DNA of 64,000 nucleotides from an uncultured Thermoleophilia bacterium (GCA_963709635.1 CAVPXA010000025.1:26686-90685); one strand, 5' to 3'; positions 51,443-62,821 are shown, counted from the stretch's first letter. Notes: generated from the letters alone by a model not told the origin. Made by a program: numbers and translations.

Positions 51443-52376
51443 CCGCCGCTCCCGTTGCCGGCGACTCGAAGTCGTCACGCCCGCTGCGCTTGGCCGCGTA
51501 CATGGCGGCGTCCGCACGCGCGAGGGCCGCGCTCTCGTCCTCGTCGCCGGCGGCCACGAGCGCGCCGCCGGCCGAGAGCGTCACGCGCAGGCCGGCGTCC
51601 TCCGCCGGCGCGAAGCGCGAATCGTGCACCAGCCTGACCAGGCGCCGGCCGTAGACGGCGAGATCCTCCTCGCTCGCCAGGCTGCAGATCACGACGAACT
51701 CGTCGCCGCCGTAGCGGGCGGCGACGTCCATCTCGCGGACGTTGTCGGAGATGACGCCGGCGACGAACCGGATCGCGCCGTCGCCGGCGAGGTGGCCGAG
51801 GCGGTCGTTGATCGCCTTCAGCTCGTCGATGTCGATCTGGATGACGCCGTACCTGCGGCCCAGCCTCTTGAACATCGCGTACTGCTGGCCGAGCGCGGCG
51901 TCCAGATACCGGCGGTTGAACAGACCGGTCAGCGGATCCGAGATGGCGGAGTCGGAGAGCTGCTGCATGCGCTGCGCGAGCTCCTTGCCGGCGACGGTCT
52001 CGAGCTCGCCGAAGATCTCCACGCCGTGGCGCTCGCCATCGATCTCGAGCAGCGCGGTCTTCACGTACACGGCCAGGCGCTCGCCGTCCTTGCGCCGCAG
52101 GAACACCTCGCTGATGGCGTGCTCGTGCCCTGTGTCCAGGCAATCCTGGAGCGGGCAGCCCGTCAGGCAGAGGCGCACGCCCTCGAGGTCGGTGTGGCCG
52201 AGGAGGTCCTCGTCGCAGCGGCGGCCGACCATCTCGTCGGCGCTGTAGCCCGTGATGCGCTCCGCCCCGGCGCTCCAGTAGACGATGGTGCGGTCGGGGC
52301 CGGTGACGTAGACACCGTCGGTGATGGCGTCCAGGATGTGCCTGAAGCCTCGGTCTATGTCGCGCTGAGCAGCCAC
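51439..52376 (-). CDS. PAS-GGDEF diguanylate cyclase (probable 1-nt deletion near 3' end; raw ORF runs to 51132)
   Basis: PAS (ITDGVYVTGPDRTIVYWS) plus GGDEF (RYGGDEF). The stop is placed at the TGA that overlaps the downstream GTG as GTGA (51439-51442). This requires a single-base correction. Confidence 0.7.
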
Positions 52377-52565
52377 GGGTCGTCAGTACCCTCTACCGAG
52401 GAGGGCCAAGCGGAGGAGGCGCCTTCGGCGCCTTCGCCGCTTACAGTCGGGTGCACCTGCGGCGCCCCCGACGATAGCTCGCATGCGGCGCCTGCGGCAC
52501 CTCCGGAGGCTACTGTCGGGTGTACTGCGGCGCCCCCGACGGTGACCCCGCTTCGCCCTCGAGCC

Positions 52566-53298
52566 TCACTCAGAGTCGAGGGAGGCGTCGAGCGTGGTGC
52601 CCTCGTCGTCGTCGCGCGAGCGGTAGAGCTGAGCGCGAGTCGCGCAGGCGTTCGTAGCCCTCGTCCAGGACCGCCCCCATCTCGCGCCAGAGGCAGACGT
52701 CCTTCTTCAGGTACCGGGTGCGGATCTCCGCGCTGCACTCGCTCTCGAGGGGGCAGGCGTAGCAGACCTCGTTGTCGACGACGTTGGCCGCCTTGCGCGC
52801 GTGCTCGCCCTCGTCGATGCGCCGGTAGGCGTCGAGCAGCAGTCCCTGCACGTCGCCCTCGATGGCCACCTGGAACCTGGGCATCTGCTCCGGCTCGTCG
52901 TAGAGGAACACGCCGCTGCTCCAGTGCGCCAGCTCGAACACCTGGTCCGTGGTCTGGCGCTCCATGATGCGGCGGATCATCTCCTTGGTCGCGTAGCCCT
53001 TCTCGATGAGCCGCTGGCCGAGTGGCTTGAACTTCTTCTGCTCGTGGGAGAGGCCCGCGTCCTCCATGAGGGCCTCGGCCAGCTGCTGCTCGGTGAGGCA
53101 GCCGGCCCTGACGAGGCGCGTGCCGAGCTTCTCGTCGGTGATGGGCAGGGAGATCGCCTCCACTTGCCCGTTGACGAGATAGATGAAGCCGTACTCCTCG
53201 AAGTCCCGGACCTCGAGCACGCCGGTGGCTGCTCCCTGCGCGAGGAACTGCAGGACGCCCGCGAGGTTGAACCTGTGGATGGATCCTTCGAGCAACAT
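52566..53298 (-). CDS. DUF4388-domain protein (frameshift near the 3' end)
   Basis: The ATG at 53298 gives MLLEGSIHRFNLAGVLQFLAQGAATGVLEV, the DUF4388 signature. Confidence 0.6.
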
Positions 53299-53412
53299 CG
53301 TGTGTTCCGGCGGTCTCCTTCCCAGTAGCCCATATCGGCAACGTCTGAGCTTTCGTGAGCGTGGGGGGGACGTGCGGACGGCGGAGGCCGGGTCCCGGCC
53401 CTGCGGGCCAAA

Positions 53413-53442
53413 TTGACCCGGCCTCCGCCGCTTGGCTATACT
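53413..53442 (+). promoter_or_regulatory. putative rpmH promoter (TTGACC, 18-nt spacer, TATACT)
   Basis: Consensus-like -35 and -10 elements lie 37 nt upstream of the rpmH GTG. The -35 element lies within the 3' arm of a 16-bp inverted repeat. Confidence 0.4.
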
Positions 53443-53478
53443 CTGCGTTCTGACTATCGGCAATCGTGCGAGGAAGCA

Positions 53479-53613
53479 GTGAAGAGGACCTACCAGCCCA
53501 ATACCCGCAAGCGCAGCAAGACCCATGGCTTTCGCAAGCGCATGAGCACGCGCGCGGGTCGCTCGGTGATCAAGAGCCGCCGGCAGAAGGGGCGCAAGCG
53601 CCTCTCCGCGTAG
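53479..53613 (+). CDS. rpmH: 50S ribosomal protein L34
   Basis: GTG start after GAGGAAG. The 44-aa product [44 protein letters not shown] is near-identical to the L34 consensus. Confidence 0.9.
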   Translation: MKRTYQPNTRKRSKTHGFRKRMSTRAGRSVIKSRRQKGRKRLSA

Positions 53614-53624
53614 CCGCGGCCCCC

Positions 53625-54011
53625 ATGGCCGCCAAACGCTCTCGCCTTTCTCGCTCCTCCGACTTCCAGCGTATCTATCGGCAGGGGAGCTCGACGGCCT
53701 CTCGCTTCCTTGTGCTGTACTGGTTCAGGCGCCCGGCCGAGCCGGGCGACGAGGGGCCGCGTCTCGGCCTCTCGGTGTCGAAGAAGCTGGGCGGAGCCGT
53801 CGTCCGTAACCGCGTCAAACGGCTGTTGCGCGAGGCCTTCCAGGCCAGCCGCGGGCAGCTTGCCGAGGAGTACGATCTGGTCGTGATCGCGCGCCCGCAA
53901 CTCATCGAGCTCGTCACGCGCGAGGGAGAAGGCGAGAAGGGTCTCGTGAGCGCGGCCGTCCGTGAGCTGCTCGGATCGCTCCGGACTCCTCACGAGGCGG
54001 AGCATGCGTAG
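53625..54011 (+). CDS. rnpA: ribonuclease P protein component
   Basis: 128-aa basic protein with the RnpA motif (LGLSVSKKLGGAVVRNRVKRLLRE). Confidence 0.9.
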   Translation: MAAKRSRLSRSSDFQRIYRQGSSTASRFLVLYWFRRPAEPGDEGPRLGLSVSKKLGGAVVRNRVKRLLREAFQASRGQLAEEYDLVVIARPQLIELVTREGEGEKGLVSAAVRELLGSLRTPHEAEHA

Positions 54012-54309
54012 AGTGCTCGGCGCCCTCGTCGCGGCCGCGGACTTCGTCCTCATCGGCCTCATCCGCGTGTACCAGTACACGCTCTCGCCCATGCTGGGCC
54101 AGCGCTGCAAGTACTACCCCTCATGCTCCAACTACGCCATCGGCGCCATCCGGGAGCACGGGCCCCTCAAGGGCATCGGCCTCGCGAGCTGGCGCCTGCT
54201 CCGCTGCAACCCCTTCAGCTACGGCGGGTACGACCCTGTGCCCCCGCGACGGTCCCACCACGACTGCGGGCACGACCATGCCGGCCGGAATGTGAGCGCG
54301 CGTGTATAA
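54004..54309 (+). CDS. yidD: membrane protein insertion efficiency factor YidD
   Basis: Its ATG overlaps the rnpA stop. YidD motif IRVYQYTLSPMLGQRCKYYPSCSNYA. Confidence 0.85.
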   Translation: MRRVLGALVAAADFVLIGLIRVYQYTLSPMLGQRCKYYPSCSNYAIGAIREHGPLKGIGLASWRLLRCNPFSYGGYDPVPPRRSHHDCGHDHAGRNVSARV

Positions 54310-55441
54310 CTTCCCGATCCTCTCCGAGCTGATCCTGCTGCTCCACTGGGTGCTCGTCACCATCAACGACTTCCTCGCCGGACTCGGGCTCGGCGACCAG
54401 TGGACGTGGGGCCTCGCCATCATCGGCCTTACCATCATCGTGCGTCTCATCCTCTTCCCGCTCACCTGGAAGCAGTACAAGTCGGCGCAGCACATGCAGC
54501 TCATCCAGCCTCAGGTCAAGGCGCTGCAGGCCAAGTACAAGAACGACCGCGCCAAGATCCAGGAAGAGACGATGAAGCTCTACTCGGAGCACCGCATCAA
54601 CCCGTTCGCTTCGTGCCTGCCCCTGGTGCTCCAGCTGCCGGTGTTCATCGGCCTGTACGCGGCCATCAAGGGCCTCGGCCCGCTCGAGGCCCCGGCCTAC
54701 CAGGCCTCGGTGGAGGCACTCAACCAGGCGTCGTTCCTGTGGATCCCGCATCTGGGCCAGCCGGACCCCTACTACATCCTCCTCGTGGTCTACGTGGTGT
54801 CGCAGATGATCTCCACGGAGCTCATGGTGGCGACGCAGAGCGACCAGATGCAGAAGTGGATCATGCGCGCGATGCCCATCGTCTTCGTGCTGTTCCTCTT
54901 CAACTTCCCGGCCGGTCTGTTCGTGTACTGGGTCACGACGAACGTCTGGACCATCGGGCAGCAGCTGGTCATCCGCAAGACGATGCCCAAGCCGGAAGAG
55001 CTGGCGGCGAAGGCCAAGGCCAAGCCCAAGAAGCGCAGCCGCTTCATGGAGGCCATGATGTCCTCCCAGCAGGAGGCCGCCAAGCAGCGCGAGCAGCGCA
55101 TCGCGCAGAAGAGCGGCGGCCAGACGGGCGCCAAGACCGGCGCCTCGGGCGCGGCCGGCGGCAAGAAGCCGGCGCAGGGCGCCAAGAAGGCGGCGCCGCC
55201 CGGCAAGGGCAAGCGCAAGCCCGGCACGGGCCAGGCCGGCAAGCCGGGCCAGACGGGCGGCAAGCCGGGCACGGGCAGCAAGCCCGGCCAGACGGGCGGC
55301 AAGCCCAAGAGCCAGGGCGGCCAGACGAAGCCGCCGGCCGGCGCGAAGGACAAGCCGGCCGCGGAGCAGTCGGCGGACGGCTCGTCCGCCGGCGGCGACC
55401 AGGGAGCGAACACCAGCGCGGACGGCCCGGCGGACGACTGA
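54302..55441 (+). CDS. yidC: membrane protein insertase YidC (short form) with a G/K/P/T-rich low-complexity tail
   Basis: GTG at 54302 overlaps the yidD stop. Five TM segments and the YidC motif (PLTWKQYKSAQHMQLIQPQVKALQAKYKND). Confidence 0.9.
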   Translation: MYNFPILSELILLLHWVLVTINDFLAGLGLGDQWTWGLAIIGLTIIVRLILFPLTWKQYKSAQHMQLIQPQVKALQAKYKNDRAKIQEETMKLYSEHRINPFASCLPLVLQLPVFIGLYAAIKGLGPLEAPAYQASVEALNQASFLWIPHLGQPDPYYILLVVYVVSQMISTELMVATQSDQMQKWIMRAMPIVFVLFLFNFPAGLFVYWVTTNVWTIGQQLVIRKTMPKPEELAAKAKAKPKKRSRFMEAMMSSQQEAAKQREQRIAQKSGGQTGAKTGASGAAGGKKPAQGAKKAAPPGKGKRKPGTGQAGKPGQTGGKPGTGSKPGQTGGKPKSQGGQTKPPAGAKDKPAAEQSADGSSAGGDQGANTSADGPADD

Positions 55442-55489
55442 CGTCCTCGGGCCGCCCGCGTCTCTTCTCACCCAACCAGGGGGCAGACG

Positions 55490-56268
55490 ATGGAAGAGCC
55501 GGACGACCTCCAGCCGATCGACGAGATCGATGAGAACGACGAGATCGACGAGATCGACGAGATCGACGAGACGATGAGATCGACGACGAAGAAGAGACCG
55601 AGTTCGCCACCATCGGCGGCGGGTCCACCATCCAGGAGGCCGAGCGCACGGCGCTGGACCGGCTGCGCAAGATCGTCCCCTACCTGAACCCGGCCGACGT
55701 CGAGTACATCGTGCTCGACGAGGGCAGCAAGGGCGGGTTCTTCGGGCGCGGCAAGATGGAGGCCCGGGTCGAGGCCCGCCTCCGCCCCTCCGAGGAGCGG
55801 GTCGAGGCCGACCTCCCGCCGGGCGCCGAGAAGCTCCGCGAGTTCATCCAGACGGTCGTGGACCTCATGGGCGTCGAGGCGCACGTCGGCGCCAGCGAGG
55901 CGGACGAGTGGGTGCGCGCCGAGATCAGCGGCGACGACCTCGGCCTGCTCATCGGCCGCCACGGCGCCACGATCGACGCGCTGCAGTACGTGGCGGCCAT
56001 CGTCGTCAACGGCGCCCGGCGCGAGCGTCGCCAGGTCATCGTCGACGCGGAGGGGTACCGTGACCGCCGCGCCGCCGCGCTCACGGCGCTCGCCGACCGC
56101 ACCGCGCAGAAGGTGGCGCGTGACGCCGCCGCCATCACCCTCAAGCCGATGAGCGCGGCCGAGCGCAAGGTCATCCACCTGCACCTCAAGGATCACACGC
56201 GAGTGGAGACGGTCTCGGAGGGCAACGAACCGTTCCGCGCCGTCGTCGTCTCCCCCAAACAGCCGTAA
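55490..56268 (+). CDS. khpB: Jag/KhpB RNA-binding protein (Jag_N, KH, R3H); frameshift inside an acidic repeat near 55570
   Basis: The N-terminal (D/E-I-D)n tract then shifts frame. The Jag_N block TIQEAERTALDRLRKIVPYL and a KH/R3H C-terminal half (LLIGRHGATIDALQYV) follow. Confidence 0.8.
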
Positions 56269-56377
56269 GGCTGACGTCTCCGGGCATCCTCCTGTAAAGG
56301 AGGGGGCCAGAACGGCCGAGAAGAAGACCGAGCGCGGGATCCCTCGCGCCGAGTGGGCAAGATGGGAGGAATCCACC

Positions 56378-57397
56378 ATGCGTAGAGTCTCCAGTCGCGG
56401 AGCCGTCCTGCTTCTCGTCCTGGCGCTCGTGCTCGCCGCCGCCGCGCTCGCCGGCTGCGGCGGCAGCGGCGACACGGCGTCGGCGGACAGTTCGGCAGCC
56501 ACCACCGTCGCGACCGACGGCAGGTCGGCGGACCAGATCGTCAAGGACAGTGAGGCCAAGATGGCCGCGGTGAGCAGCGCCTCGTTCACCGCGGACTTCG
56601 CCATGCAGATGCAGGGCGACACCAGCAAGATCACCGACCCGACGGCCAAGGCGCTGCTCTCCCAGGGAATCACCTTCAGCGCCAAGGGCAAGAGCGCGAA
56701 CGAGCCGACGGCCGCCGACATGACCATGACCGTGGGCATCGCCGGCCAGACGCTGGAGTTCGGGATGAAGGCCGAGGGCACCAAGGCGTGGGTCGAGTAC
56801 CAGGGCGCCTGGTACAAGGTCGACAGCGAGAACGCCAAGGCCCTCGGCAAGCAGGCCGAGACGGGTGCGGCTCCCACCGAGCAGCTCAAGAGCATGGGCG
56901 TCGACCCGTCCACGTGGGGTACCGAGTACGAGCTCGCCGGCACCGAGGACATGAACGGCGTCGAGGTCTACCACATCACGGCCGTTGCCGACCCGCAGAA
57001 GCTGGCCGACTCACTCGCGAAGGCCGCCGAGGACCCGAGCCTGACCGAGAAGCTCGGCGGCGCCGGCAGCGACCTCGGCCAGCTCGGCCAAGGCCTCACG
57101 GGCGACCCTGCGCAGGCCAAGGAGCTCGCCAAGACGCTCAAGGACGCCTCTGTCGACTACTGGATCGGTGTCGAGGACTCGTACATGTACAAGGCGCAGT
57201 TCGCTGCCGCCATGGACATGACCGGGCAGGAGAACATGGACGGAGTCACGGGTGTCACGCTCAAGGGCACCGCGACGATGGGCGACTTCGACCAGCCGGT
57301 GGAAGTCACGCCGCCCGCGAGCGCGAAGTCGTTCGACCTGTTCATGAACGAGCTCTTCGGCGGGATGTTCGGCGGCTCCGGCGGCATGATGCTCTGA
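56378..57397 (+). CDS. lipoprotein (LppX/LprG-like fold candidate)
   Basis: Intact 339-aa ORF. Signal peptide with lipobox LAGC. Ser/Ala-rich linker. Confidence 0.7.
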   Translation: MRRVSSRGAVLLLVLALVLAAAALAGCGGSGDTASADSSAATTVATDGRSADQIVKDSEAKMAAVSSASFTADFAMQMQGDTSKITDPTAKALLSQGITFSAKGKSANEPTAADMTMTVGIAGQTLEFGMKAEGTKAWVEYQGAWYKVDSENAKALGKQAETGAAPTEQLKSMGVDPSTWGTEYELAGTEDMNGVEVYHITAVADPQKLADSLAKAAEDPSLTEKLGGAGSDLGQLGQGLTGDPAQAKELAKTLKDASVDYWIGVEDSYMYKAQFAAAMDMTGQENMDGVTGVTLKGTATMGDFDQPVEVTPPASAKSFDLFMNELFGGMFGGSGGMML

Positions 57398-57522
57398 TCC
57401 GGAGTGGCTTGGCCGGCCTGGCGCCGGCGACGAACGAAAGAGAGGGCCGGGGCGCCGTCAGGCGCCCCGGCCCTCTTCGTCTCGTCGCTCCGCGGCGGGC
57501 CGGCCGCGCAAGCCGGATCGGC

Positions 57523-59064
57523 TCAGCGGTCCCAGTCGAAGTCGCGAGCCTGGGTCTGCTCCCACGAGGCCGACTCGTCGTCGCTGCGCTGGCCGAGCAG
57601 CGACTTGCTCAGGAACTCCGGCGGCTTCTGCGCCGCTTCGCGCGGCGTCTCCGGCTCCACTGGAGCCGCTGGGGCCGCGGCGGCCGGGGCCGGCTGGGCA
57701 GCCACCGGCGTCTCGGCCGGCGTCTGGACGCGCTGGGCGGCGGCGCGGCTGATCTGCGCCGGCGCGAGCTGGACGGTGCCGTCGGCGCGGACGCCGGCAT
57801 TGGGCTGCAGCGTGAGCTCCTCGTAGCCGCGGTCGTCCAGGCTGACGTCGCCGCTGTCGAGATCCACGTGGAACCGGTACCACCCCATGGTCCACATGAA
57901 CGTGACGGCGACGGTCTCGCCGTCGAAGCCGCAGTGCACGTGAGGCAGCCCGAGCTGCTCGTTGGTCTCGGCGATCTTGCGCGGGACCCTGCTCACGTTG
58001 AGCAGGTCGACTCCGCGCTGCAGCAAGGTGAGTGACGCGCTCGCTGCCTCGGCCTCGGCGGCCGTGGGGCCGGCCGGCTCCGGCGCCGGCGGCGCGGGCT
58101 CGCCGGGGAGCGCGCCGCCGCCGGCGGCCACGGCCGCGGCCGCGTCGGCCGCGGCGATCTCGCCGGTGCTGACGTCCTCTTCCGCCTCCGCCGCGGCGAG
58201 CATCTCCGCGTCGATGGCGGGGATGGGCTGGGTGTCCTCGAACACGACCGGGTGGACGGCCGGCTCTTCGGCGGCCGGCGCCTCGAGCACGTCCGTGCCG
58301 GGCTCCGTCGCGAGACCGTCCGCAGGCGCGGCGGTCTCCTCGACCACCATGGTCTCCGCGACCTCCTCGACGACGACCTCCTCGACGACGACCTCAGGCT
58401 CCGGCTCGAGTGCGTCGTACGGAGTCGGCGCCACGGCGACTGCGTCCTCGGCCGGGGCCCCCGGGTACGCCTGGGCCTGCTCGGCCTCGCGGAGCGCCGC
58501 CATCTCGGCGGCGAACTCGGCAGGGGTCTCGCCCCAGGTGCGCTCACCGGGCTCCGACGAGTCGCCGGTGAGCGAGCCGGGCTCGGCGTCGGCCACGGCT
58601 TCGGCGGCGCCGAGGTGCGCGAACCGGCCGGCGAGCTCTTGCCGCTCGGCCTCCGCGCGCGCCAGGTCGGCCTTGAGCTGCTCGATCTGGCCGTCCTTGT
58701 CTTTGAGCGCCTGCCAGAAGGCGTCGCTCTCGGCGCGCGTGTCGCGCGCCTCGCGCGCCGGCGCCGGCTCGAAGGCGGCCTCCGGCTCTGGCGCCGGATA
58801 TGCCATCGGCGCCGGGTCCTCGAAGAAGGCCGACTCGCTGCGCGTCTCGCGTACGCGCCCGTTGTTGGCGGTCGCGGGCGCGGCCGCGATGGGCTCATTG
58901 TGGCCCGTGTACGCCTGTCCGCAGAGCGAGCAGATGAGCCGCTCGTCGCCGTGCTCGTCGATGATGGTCTGTGTCCACTCGCCGGCGAGGAGGGTGCGGC
59001 CACACTCTGCGCAGACGGCCTGGTCGTGGTCGTCCTTGCCGCGGCCGAAGATGCGTCCGAACAT
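57523..59064 (-). CDS. zinc-ribbon protein with long acidic low-complexity linker and a conserved C-terminal domain
   Basis: Intact 513-aa ORF. N-terminal CxxC...CxxC (CAECGRTL...CSLCGQ). E/A/P-rich middle. C-terminal block HVHCGFDGETVAVTFMWTMGWYRFHVD. Confidence 0.6.
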   Translation of the reverse strand: MFGRIFGRGKDDHDQAVCAECGRTLLAGEWTQTIIDEHGDERLICSLCGQAYTGHNEPIAAAPATANNGRVRETRSESAFFEDPAPMAYPAPEPEAAFEPAPAREARDTRAESDAFWQALKDKDGQIEQLKADLARAEAERQELAGRFAHLGAAEAVADAEPGSLTGDSSEPGERTWGETPAEFAAEMAALREAEQAQAYPGAPAEDAVAVAPTPYDALEPEPEVVVEEVVVEEVAETMVVEETAAPADGLATEPGTDVLEAPAAEEPAVHPVVFEDTQPIPAIDAEMLAAAEAEEDVSTGEIAAADAAAAVAAGGGALPGEPAPPAPEPAGPTAAEAEAASASLTLLQRGVDLLNVSRVPRKIAETNEQLGLPHVHCGFDGETVAVTFMWTMGWYRFHVDLDSGDVSLDDRGYEELTLQPNAGVRADGTVQLAPAQISRAAAQRVQTPAETPVAAQPAPAAAAPAAPVEPETPREAAQKPPEFLSKSLLGQRSDDESASWEQTQARDFDWDR

Positions 59065-59154
59065 CGTTACTCCCGTGTCGGGAACGCCCCGCAGGGCCGA
59101 AAAAACGCTGCAAGAGGCAGATGATAGCAGACCCCGGGAGCATGGGCTCCGGCG

Positions 59155-59391
59155 CTACTCGTCGTCCTCCGCCTCGTCCGGCGTGGTCTCGTACTCCTCC
59201 AGGACATCCCGCGCCCGCAAGAGATCGCTGTCCTTGACGAGGATGCGGAACGGGTGGACCGACGGCATGGGGTACACGTCGGGGGCGCCGGGTCCCCCGA
59301 CGACGGCCTCTACGCCGGCCTGCTCGAGCACTCCTACGACGACGTTGGCAAGCCCCGCATCGCTGACGGTGGTCACGGTCACGAACTCCAT
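59155..59391 (-). CDS. DUF2007-like small protein
   Basis: Intact 78-aa ORF with an acidic C-terminus. Confidence 0.5.
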   Translation of the reverse strand: MEFVTVTTVSDAGLANVVVGVLEQAGVEAVVGGPGAPDVYPMPSVHPFRILVKDSDLLRARDVLEEYETTPDEAEDDE

Positions 59392-59499
59392 GGCGTCACC
59401 TCCGGTCCTGGGTGGCGCGCCTGTCGTGCGGCGCAGCCGGAGTATACCCGCGAGGCGGGGATGGACTGCCGATGACGTGCGCCGGGGCGCGAGCCGGCG

Positions 59500-60345
59500 T
59501 CAGCCGACGAGCGCGCGGAGCCGGGCCAGGTTCTCCTGGTCGGGACCCTGGCCGTCGAGCCCCGGCACCTCCAGGATGCCGGGCAGGTCCGCGAACGCCG
59601 GCTCGTTGACCAGCAGGCGGAACGCGACGTCGCCGAGGTCGCCGTCGCCGATGTTCTCGTGCCGGTCACGGTTGGAGCCGAGCGGCGTCTTGGAGTCGTT
59701 GAGGTGGAACATCGCGAGGCGGTCGGGGCCGCAGTTCTCGTCCAGCTCGCGGAGGACCCCGTCGACGCCCTCGCGCGTGCGCAGGTCGGCGCCGGACTCG
59801 AAGATGTGCGCCGTGTCCACGCAGATGCCCAGGCGCGGGTCGCCGCCGGCGGCGTCGATGATCTGGCCGAGCTCGCGGAAGTCGACGCCCATGGTGCCGC
59901 CGGCGCCGGCCGTGTTCTCGAGCAGCAGGCGGACGGGCGAGCCCTCGCTCTCGGCGAGCGCCCTGCGGAGCCCCTGCTGCACGCGCTCGAGGCCGGCGGC
60001 GAACCCGGAGCCCTGATGAGAGCCGATGTGGGTGACGATGGCGTCCGCGCCGAGCTGGTCGGCCGCCGTCAGCGCGCCGGCGAGCGACGTGACCGACTTC
60101 TCGTAGAAGTCCTCGTTCTCGCTGGCGAGGTTGATCAGGTAGATGGTGTGGATGACGACGAAGCGGATGGGGGACCCGGCGCGCAGCTCCCGGAACTTCG
60201 CCGAGTCGGCGTCCTTGTAGAGCGTCGGCTTCCAGGTGCGCGGGCTGCCGGCGAAGAACTGCACCGCCTCCGCCCCGATATCCACGCCGTTCTCGACGGC
60301 GTGCCATACGCCGCCCGACGACTTCACGTGCGCGCCGAAGTACAT
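59500..60345 (-). CDS. nfo: deoxyribonuclease IV (endonuclease IV)
   Basis: GGGAGGG RBS precedes the ATG at 60345. TIM-barrel Nfo motifs (VIHTIYLINLAS, ENTAGAGGTMG, VCVDTAHIFESG, FHLNDSK). Confidence 0.85.
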   Translation of the reverse strand: MYFGAHVKSSGGVWHAVENGVDIGAEAVQFFAGSPRTWKPTLYKDADSAKFRELRAGSPIRFVVIHTIYLINLASENEDFYEKSVTSLAGALTAADQLGADAIVTHIGSHQGSGFAAGLERVQQGLRRALAESEGSPVRLLLENTAGAGGTMGVDFRELGQIIDAAGGDPRLGICVDTAHIFESGADLRTREGVDGVLRELDENCGPDRLAMFHLNDSKTPLGSNRDRHENIGDGDLGDVAFRLLVNEPAFADLPGILEVPGLDGQGPDQENLARLRALVG

Positions 60346-60361
60346 CCTCTCGCCCTCCCTC

Positions 60362-62442
60362 TCAGACGAAGTCGCGCGGCGCCTGGTGCCACCACGACCT
60401 CGTGAAGACCTCGCGTTCGTCGCCGTCCTCACCCTCGTAGACGGTGACCTCGTCCGCGACGTAGAACGTGTCCGCGTCGCAGGTCATCTCCCCGTGGGTG
60501 ACGATGTGAAACCGGCCCTGGGCGCCGCGGCGCAGCACCGACTCGGCGTCCACCACGACCTTGGCGGAGAGCGGGTCGCCCTCGCGCAGGTCGTAGCTCA
60601 CCGTGTTCCACTCCTCGCTCTCCCAGCCGTTGGGGAGGACGACGTTGCCGCCGTCGACGTAGTTGAACGTCCAGGTGACGCGCGTCGGAGGCGAGGTCGC
60701 GGGTGTAGGTGCGGCCGCCGGGGCCGCCGCCGACCGTCTTCTCGCCCAGACCCTCGGGCACGACCGGCGGGTCGAACGGCCGGAGGTCCGCGTCCTGCGG
60801 GCCGCTCCGGCCGCACCGGCAGCTCCAGCAAGCTCTCGCCGGCGACCACCGTGAGCGCGACGGGCTCCGGCGAGGGCCACGCCCACGGCCAGTACGTCGG
60901 CGAGAGCGCCAGTCGCAGGCGGTGGCCGGCCGGGAAGGACTGGGCGATCGCGTCGAGCGCGATCGTCGCCTCGTACTCCCGGCCGGGCTCGAGCCGCTGC
61001 GGGTGCTCGTGGCTCGTCAGGTGCGTCAGGTTGAAGACCTCCGTGGTGACGAGCCGGGAGGCGCCGCCCGGCGCCACGTCGTCCAGCCGGGCGGCGACCA
61101 GCGCCAGCGGCCGGTCGCTCGCGAAGCGGAGCGTGAGCCGCGGGCGGCCGAGGATCTCGAGCTGTTCCGGCAGCGGCGCCGAGGTGAAGCAGAGCGACTG
61201 GCCCTCCGCCGCCCGCTGGTCGGGCGCGAAGTCGCTCGGCTGGCTCTCGGCGCACCAGGCGCCGGCGTCGGCGCCGCAGAGCTGGGCGCCGAGGATGCTG
61301 AGGCGGCCGCCGTCCGCGCCGTGCGCGGCGGCCGCCTCCGGGTCCGGCGCCCCGCCGCCGCCGGCGTCACGCAGCACACCGTCGGCGTCCAGCCGGAGCC
61401 GCCTGGGCTCCAGACGCGGCGACGGCCACACGTCCTCCGCCGCCCAGCGCCCCGGCACCTCGTCCAGCCACGGCTTCGGCGGCGCCCAGTCCTGCATCCA
61501 GACGCGGAGCATGGGCTCGTCCATCACCCCGGTGTCCTCGCCCTTGAGCCAGTGGTCCCACCAGCGCAGCGCCTCCTGCAGGAACCCGATGGCGGGTCCG
61601 GGAGTGACGTAGTGCGGAAAGGCGTGGGGCCACGGGCCGATGAGCCCCTTGCGCGGCCCGGTCAGTCCCTCCAGCAGGCGTGGCACGCTGTTCGTGTAGC
61701 CGTCGGTCCAGCCGCCGATGGCGTACACGGGCACCTCGATGGCGGCGTAGTCCTCGCACACCGAGCCGTGCCTCCAGTAGGCGTCGCGGCGCTGGTGCGC
61801 GAGCCAGGTGTGGACCCAGGGCTTGACGGTCGCGAGCCGCTGCTCCCAGAGCTCGCGCCACCGTTCTCCCACCGCCGCCTCGTGCGGCGGCTGGCACTGC
61901 CAGTGCAGCATGCACGTGCTCCAGTGCAGCAGGTCGGTGGCGAGCACACAGCCGCCTTTGTAGTGCACGTCGTCCGCGTAGCGGTCGTCGGTGCTCATCA
62001 GGGTGATGATGGCCTTGAGCGCCGGGGGCCGGCGGGCGGCCAGCTGGAGGCTGTTGAAGCCGCCCCACGAGATGCCGGTCATCCCCACCGCGCCGGCGCA
62101 CCACGGCTGCGCCGCGATCCAGGCGATGACCTCGAGCAGGTCCTCCTGCTCCTGAGGGTGGTACTCGTCCTCGAGGACGCCGTCCGACTCGCCGCTGCCG
62201 CGCAGGTCGACGCGCACGCACGCGTAGCCGCGCGCGGCCCAGTACGGGTGGATGAGGACGTCGCGGGCGGCCATGCCGTCGCTGAGCCGGTACGGCACCG
62301 CCTCCAGGATCCCGGGCACGGAGTCGGACTCCGCGTCCGCCGGGAGCCAGACGCGTGCCGCCAGCCGCGTGCCGTCCCGCATCGGGATCCAGACGTAGTC
62401 CAGCTGCCGGACCTCACGCAGGACTTCCTTGCGCTCGCGCAC
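60362..62442 (-). CDS. CocE/NonD-family alpha/beta hydrolase (X-Pro dipeptidyl-peptidase S15-like); one frameshift near 60700
   Basis: GGAGG lies 5 nt before the GTG at 62442 (VRERKEVLREVRQLDYVWIPMRDGTRLAARVWLP). Nucleophile motif GISWGG. The C-terminal beta-sandwich domain is in ORF 60362..61255. Confidence 0.8.
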
Positions 62443-62584
62443 CTCGACCTCCTCGGCTCGGGAAGAGCCCGAGTGTATCGAGCCCGTCGCGGCGGCGGCA
62501 ACGCCGGCCGTCCGCGGGCAGGAGGGAAGGACCGCGCGGGGTGCGTGTGGAATACCCAAGCCCCGGAGCGTCACAGGAGGACGG

Positions 62585-62821
62585 ATGGACCAGGATATGG
62601 AGCGCTGCAGCACCTGCCCGGCGTTCGCCAAGCTCCCTGGCGCCGGCAAGGCGGGGACCTGTCGCGCGGCCCCGCCCGCGGTGCTCCAGGCCGAGACGTA
62701 CTTCCGCGGCTCTTCCCGTGAGCTGCCCTTCGGTGCCGCGCCGGTGGTCGGCGCGTTCCCGCTGGTGACCGAGGACGACTTCTGCATGTCCCACCCGGGC
62801 AACCGGGTGAAGCTGAGGTAG
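62585..62821 (+). CDS. hypothetical small Cys-containing protein
   Basis: CAGGAGG RBS lies 4 nt before the ATG. The 78-aa product has CSTCP...C...C and no recognised domain. Confidence 0.35.
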   Translation: MDQDMERCSTCPAFAKLPGAGKAGTCRAAPPAVLQAETYFRGSSRELPFGAAPVVGAFPLVTEDDFCMSHPGNRVKLR